Both the position numbers and the translations under genes were made by a program. This document shows, one piece after another, positions 7,601-10,591 of a stretch of DNA of 10,591 nt. Source of the DNA: a bacterium (lineage in GTDB: Bacteria; CALINM01); assembly GCA_041640455.1 (NCBI GenBank), contig JBEQAF010000075.1:1-10591 (forward strand). The letters run 5' to 3'. How positions within the stretch are numbered: the first letter of the stretch is position 1; each line of letters opens with the position of its first letter. The notes beneath the pieces were generated by a model. That model made no database searches, had not been told where the DNA came from, and was given only the letters and a program-made list of their open reading frames with translations.

Positions 7601-8923
7601 ATGAGGGTTAAATGTTTAATCTCAAGTGTGTTTTTGTCTTTTCTGCCTGCCATGGCTTTTGCATCTGAGTCAGGCGAAGCTATCAGTTTTCCTCTCTGGA
7701 GCGGAATATTTTTTGTTGTCATGCTTCTTTCTATTGCCATTGTACCGCTCATAAATGCAGAGTGGTGGAGCAAAAGGTACGGGTTGGTTGCCATAGCTCT
7801 TGCCATTCCAGCAGGTATAATAGTGGCAACAAAAAAGTCATCACTGCTGTTTCATGTGCTGGGTGAGTATCTATCTTTTATCATTCTTCTGGGTTCCTTA
7901 TTTGTTATAGCAGGAGGCATAGTAATAAGAATCGGTTCCAGAGGGACACCAAAGCTTAATACTCTGTTAATTTTAATAGGCGCTTCAGTTGCCAGCTTTA
8001 TTGGAACTACCGGTGCAAGCATGGTGCTAATAAGACCCATTATCAGAGCCAATCAGTGGCGTAAACATGTGGTTCACATATTTATTTTCTTTATTTTTCT
8101 TGTCTCTAACATAGGCGGACTATTAACACCTCTGGGCGACCCGCCTCTTTTTCTTGGTTTTTTAAAGGGTGTGCCTTTTTTCTGGACCTTTAAGCTCATT
8201 ATAATCTGGGCAGTTACCCTTTTCATACTGATAACAATATTTTTCCTTTTAGATAATTATTTTTTGAAGAAAGAAGATCCAGATAACTTAAAAAAAGCTA
8301 TGCCTATCTCGGCAAAACGTCTTGAGATTAAGGGAAAAAGAAATCTTCTCTTTCTGCTTATGGTGATATCCTCATTCTTTCTGCCGCCTCTTTTTAGGGA
8401 ATCGGTTATGATAGCTGCAGCATTAATGTCCATATACTTTACACCAATTACACTCAGGGAAGAAAACGCCTTTACCTATCATCCAATTATTGAGGTAGCC
8501 CTACTTTTTATCGGCATCTTCGTGACCATGATACCGGTTATGAAAATGCTTGAAGTAAATGGAAGCCAGTTAGGCATTAGTGAGCCATGGCAGTTTTTCT
8601 GGATTACAGGAACATTATCCAGCTTTCTTGACAATGCACCAACCTATCTGGTATTCATGGCTACAGCGCAAAGCGTTGCTATTGCAAAGGGGATTACTAA
8701 TAATCTGATAGTTGGAGTTCCGGAGATTTATTTAAAGGCTATCTCAACTGGTGCTGTATTTATGGGTGCAAATACCTATATAGGAAATGGACCCAATTTT
8801 ATGGTCAAGGCTATATGCGAAGAGAATGACATAAAGATGCCTTCCTTCTTCGGATATATGACATGGTCAGTAAGTATACTAATACCTATTTTTATAATGG
8901 TGACCTTTGTTTTTTTTAAATGA
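7601..8923 (+). CDS. IT-superfamily secondary transporter (CitMHS_2 / putative Na+:H+ antiporter, NhaD-like)
   Basis: 440 aa, multi-TM. Motifs ASFIGTTGASMVLIRP, VSNIGGLLTPLGDPPLFLGFL, LSSFLDNAPTY, GANTYIGNGPNFMVK; SD-like GGGGGA upstream. Substrate cannot be determined from the sequence. Confidence 0.85.
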   Translation: MRVKCLISSVFLSFLPAMAFASESGEAISFPLWSGIFFVVMLLSIAIVPLINAEWWSKRYGLVAIALAIPAGIIVATKKSSLLFHVLGEYLSFIILLGSLFVIAGGIVIRIGSRGTPKLNTLLILIGASVASFIGTTGASMVLIRPIIRANQWRKHVVHIFIFFIFLVSNIGGLLTPLGDPPLFLGFLKGVPFFWTFKLIIIWAVTLFILITIFFLLDNYFLKKEDPDNLKKAMPISAKRLEIKGKRNLLFLLMVISSFFLPPLFRESVMIAAALMSIYFTPITLREENAFTYHPIIEVALLFIGIFVTMIPVMKMLEVNGSQLGISEPWQFFWITGTLSSFLDNAPTYLVFMATAQSVAIAKGITNNLIVGVPEIYLKAISTGAVFMGANTYIGNGPNFMVKAICEENDIKMPSFFGYMTWSVSILIPIFIMVTFVFFK

Positions 8924-9729
8924 GATTTTTTAAATTTTTTCTATTATTAACGGTTTTAGCCATAACCTCAGTGCTGGGTTATGGCTTTTTTATGTACCAT
9001 CAAATCAAAGCTATTAAATCGCCTTCCAGTTCAATAGAAATAACAGTATATGACTGGAAAAAAAAACCTTACTCCTTTATTGTAGGTCCTAAAAATAAAC
9101 GATATACTCCCTGGCAGAACATAAGCCCCTATGTTAAATGGGCAGTTATATTGTCAGAAGATGCCAAATTTTTCAGTCACAAAGGGGTAGATTACGAAGC
9201 CCTTAAATCTGCCATGAGAAAAAACCTTGAAGTGGGCAGATACGTTAGAGGTGGGTCAACTATAACCCAACAGTTAGCAAAAAATCTCTATCTCTCAAGA
9301 GAGAAATCAATAATTAGAAAGGTTAAGGAGCTTATTATCGCCTTTTTGCTTGAAAAGGAGCTTTCCAAAACAAGAATACTTGAGCTCTATTTAAATGCTG
9401 TGGAGTTCGGACCTCTCGTCTATGGCATTAATAACGCCAGTTACTATTATTTCAACAAGCATCCTTCTGCAATAAATCCGCTGGAAGCTGCCATTCTTGC
9501 TTCTCTTCTCCCAAGCCCGAAAATATTTAATCCCTTAAAGAATGTGGAGCGCACCGAGATACGGGCAAAAAGAATTCTGAAACGTATGAAGCAGGCAAAG
9601 GTAATCTCCGATGAGGAGTTTGAGATCTATGACCGATCCAATCTTGCCTTAAGTATTGAAAAAAAGATAGAGGTAAGGATTGAAAAAGAAGAAAATATAT
9701 TTGAAAATATCAGTTCAAAAACCCCTTAA
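8920..9729 (+). CDS. mtgA: Monofunctional biosynthetic peptidoglycan transglycosylase (GT51)
   Basis: 269 aa with an N-terminal TM anchor. GT51 motifs EDAKFFSHKGVD, GGSTITQQLAKNLYL, RKVKE, KTRILELYLN; no transpeptidase domain; ATGA overlap with the transporter gene. Confidence 0.88.
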   Translation: MRFFKFFLLLTVLAITSVLGYGFFMYHQIKAIKSPSSSIEITVYDWKKKPYSFIVGPKNKRYTPWQNISPYVKWAVILSEDAKFFSHKGVDYEALKSAMRKNLEVGRYVRGGSTITQQLAKNLYLSREKSIIRKVKELIIAFLLEKELSKTRILELYLNAVEFGPLVYGINNASYYYFNKHPSAINPLEAAILASLLPSPKIFNPLKNVERTEIRAKRILKRMKQAKVISDEEFEIYDRSNLALSIEKKIEVRIEKEENIFENISSKTP

Positions 9730-10164
9730 TCTTCTTAGAGCTTCGTATAGCACGATAGAGACTGCATTTGAAAGATTAATACATCTTACCTTGCCAAACA
9801 TGGGTATGGTATAGATACGGTCTTCAAACTGATTAAATATAAACTCAGGGAAACCTCTGGTTTCTGAGCCGAATATAAGATAATCCCCTTCCTGGTAATC
9901 TATCTGGGTGTAAAAATTTTTCCCCTTTGATGAGAAGAAGTATAGATTTCCATCAGCAGATGCAACAAAATCATCAAAGGAGTCATGAATTTTAAGTGTT
10001 AGATGTTCCCAGTAATCAAGCCCCGCCCTTTTTAGATGCCTGTCTGTAATTGAAAATCCAAAAGGTCTTATCAGATGGAGCTCCGTATCTGTACCTACGC
10101 AAAGCCTTCCAATATTCCCGGTATTCTGAGGGATCTCAGGATTTAAAAGAACTACCTTTGGCAT
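9715..10164 (-). CDS. trmL: tRNA (cytidine/uridine-34-2'-O)-methyltransferase, SPOUT family
   Basis: 149 aa. PEIPQNTGNIGRLC, LKRAGLDYW, FGSETRG, IPM...RCINLSNAVSIVLYEALR. Confidence 0.93.
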   Translation of the reverse strand: MPKVVLLNPEIPQNTGNIGRLCVGTDTELHLIRPFGFSITDRHLKRAGLDYWEHLTLKIHDSFDDFVASADGNLYFFSSKGKNFYTQIDYQEGDYLIFGSETRGFPEFIFNQFEDRIYTIPMFGKVRCINLSNAVSIVLYEALRRLRGF

Positions 10165-10165
10165 A

Positions 10166-10591
10166 TTAATCTTTTTCTATTCTCACATAAACAGCATCGG
10201 CTACCGTTTTATCTACCGCAAACTCCGAATTGCCAATGGCAAAAAGATAAGATGGAAAGGTCTGTTTAACCATGATGGTTGCGCCCGGTAAAATCCCGAG
10301 ACTCGAAAGACTCTGAAGATTTTTTTCAGCAATCCCCTGTATATATACAATCTTCCCCTTCTGTCCGAATTTAAGACTGCTTAAGGCAACCACATATTTG
10401 TCACCCACCTTAATATTTAGCTTACAGCAGGGACCTGGAGGAATAGGCTTGCCATGGGGACAGGTTTTTGGATGTCCGAGCAGGGTGCAGACCTTGTCCT
10501 CAATACCTTCCTTAAGATAATGTTCAAGCTTACAGGCAGTATCATGTATGGCTTTTCCAGAGACATCAATACCATCTACAAGAAGCTTTTC
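10166..10591 (-). CDS. DtxR/MntR-family metal-dependent transcriptional regulator with C-terminal FeoA domain (5' end outside window)
   Basis: The frame of the 80-aa ORF is open to the window edge: EKLLVDGIDVSGKAIHDTACKLEHYLKEGIEDKVCTLLGHPKTCPHGKPIPPGPCCKLNIK-VGDKYVVALSSL... ACxLEH and LGHPxxCPHGxPIP are DtxR metal-binding/dimerisation motifs; LSSLGILPGATI is FeoA-like. The GTG at 10408 is most likely an internal codon. Confidence 0.9.
   Translation of the reverse strand, partial: EKLLVDGIDVSGKAIHDTACKLEHYLKEGIEDKVCTLLGHPKTCPHGKPIPPGPCCKLNIKVGDKYVVALSSLKFGQKGKIVYIQGIAEKNLQSLSSLGILPGATIMVKQTFPSYLFAIGNSEFAVDKTVADAVYVRIEKD

Noticed and set aside
7004..8052. Four short minus-strand ORFs (7004-7261, 7297-7560, 7579-7806, 7852-8052)
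   Set aside because: Antisense shadows of well-supported plus-strand genes, with no family motifs.
8910..8923. T8 run at the transporter/mtgA junction as a -1 frameshift fusion site
   Set aside because: The -1 frame hits TAA at 8917-8919 immediately before the mtgA ATG, so no fusion results; such runs are common in this AT-rich window.
10166..10408. Stand-alone feoA gene
   Set aside because: The frame is open upstream and continuous with DtxR motifs, so it is the C-terminal domain of a larger protein.

Overview
AT-rich bacterial chromosomal window, probably housekeeping, densely coding. Left (1-6574, minus strand): an expanded, fragmented Mrp/Mnh-type multisubunit Na+/H+ antiporter operon in the order mrpE-F-G-(DUF4040/MrpA C-terminal-like)-B-C-D-D'/A'-small membrane ORF-D''. 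It has three antiporter-like subunits. The third (start 1083, running off the left edge) is missing from the ORF track and has the TM7 lysine replaced by Asn. A 174-bp divergent promoter region follows. Plus strand (6749-9729): a cytidylate-kinase-like protein with a probable C-terminal BON domain, an IT-superfamily (CitMHS_2/NhaD-like) transporter and a monofunctional peptidoglycan transglycosylase. Right (minus strand): trmL and the 3' part of a DtxR/MntR-family metalloregulator; the track's 80-aa ORF is only its C-terminal FeoA domain. I saw no RNA genes, mobile elements or CRISPR arrays. The best candidate for something under-described is an ion-homeostasis locus: a 10-gene Mrp variant with an extra small subunit, facing a possible nucleotide/ion-sensor plus transporter pair. 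All family calls are from motif recognition, not database searches.
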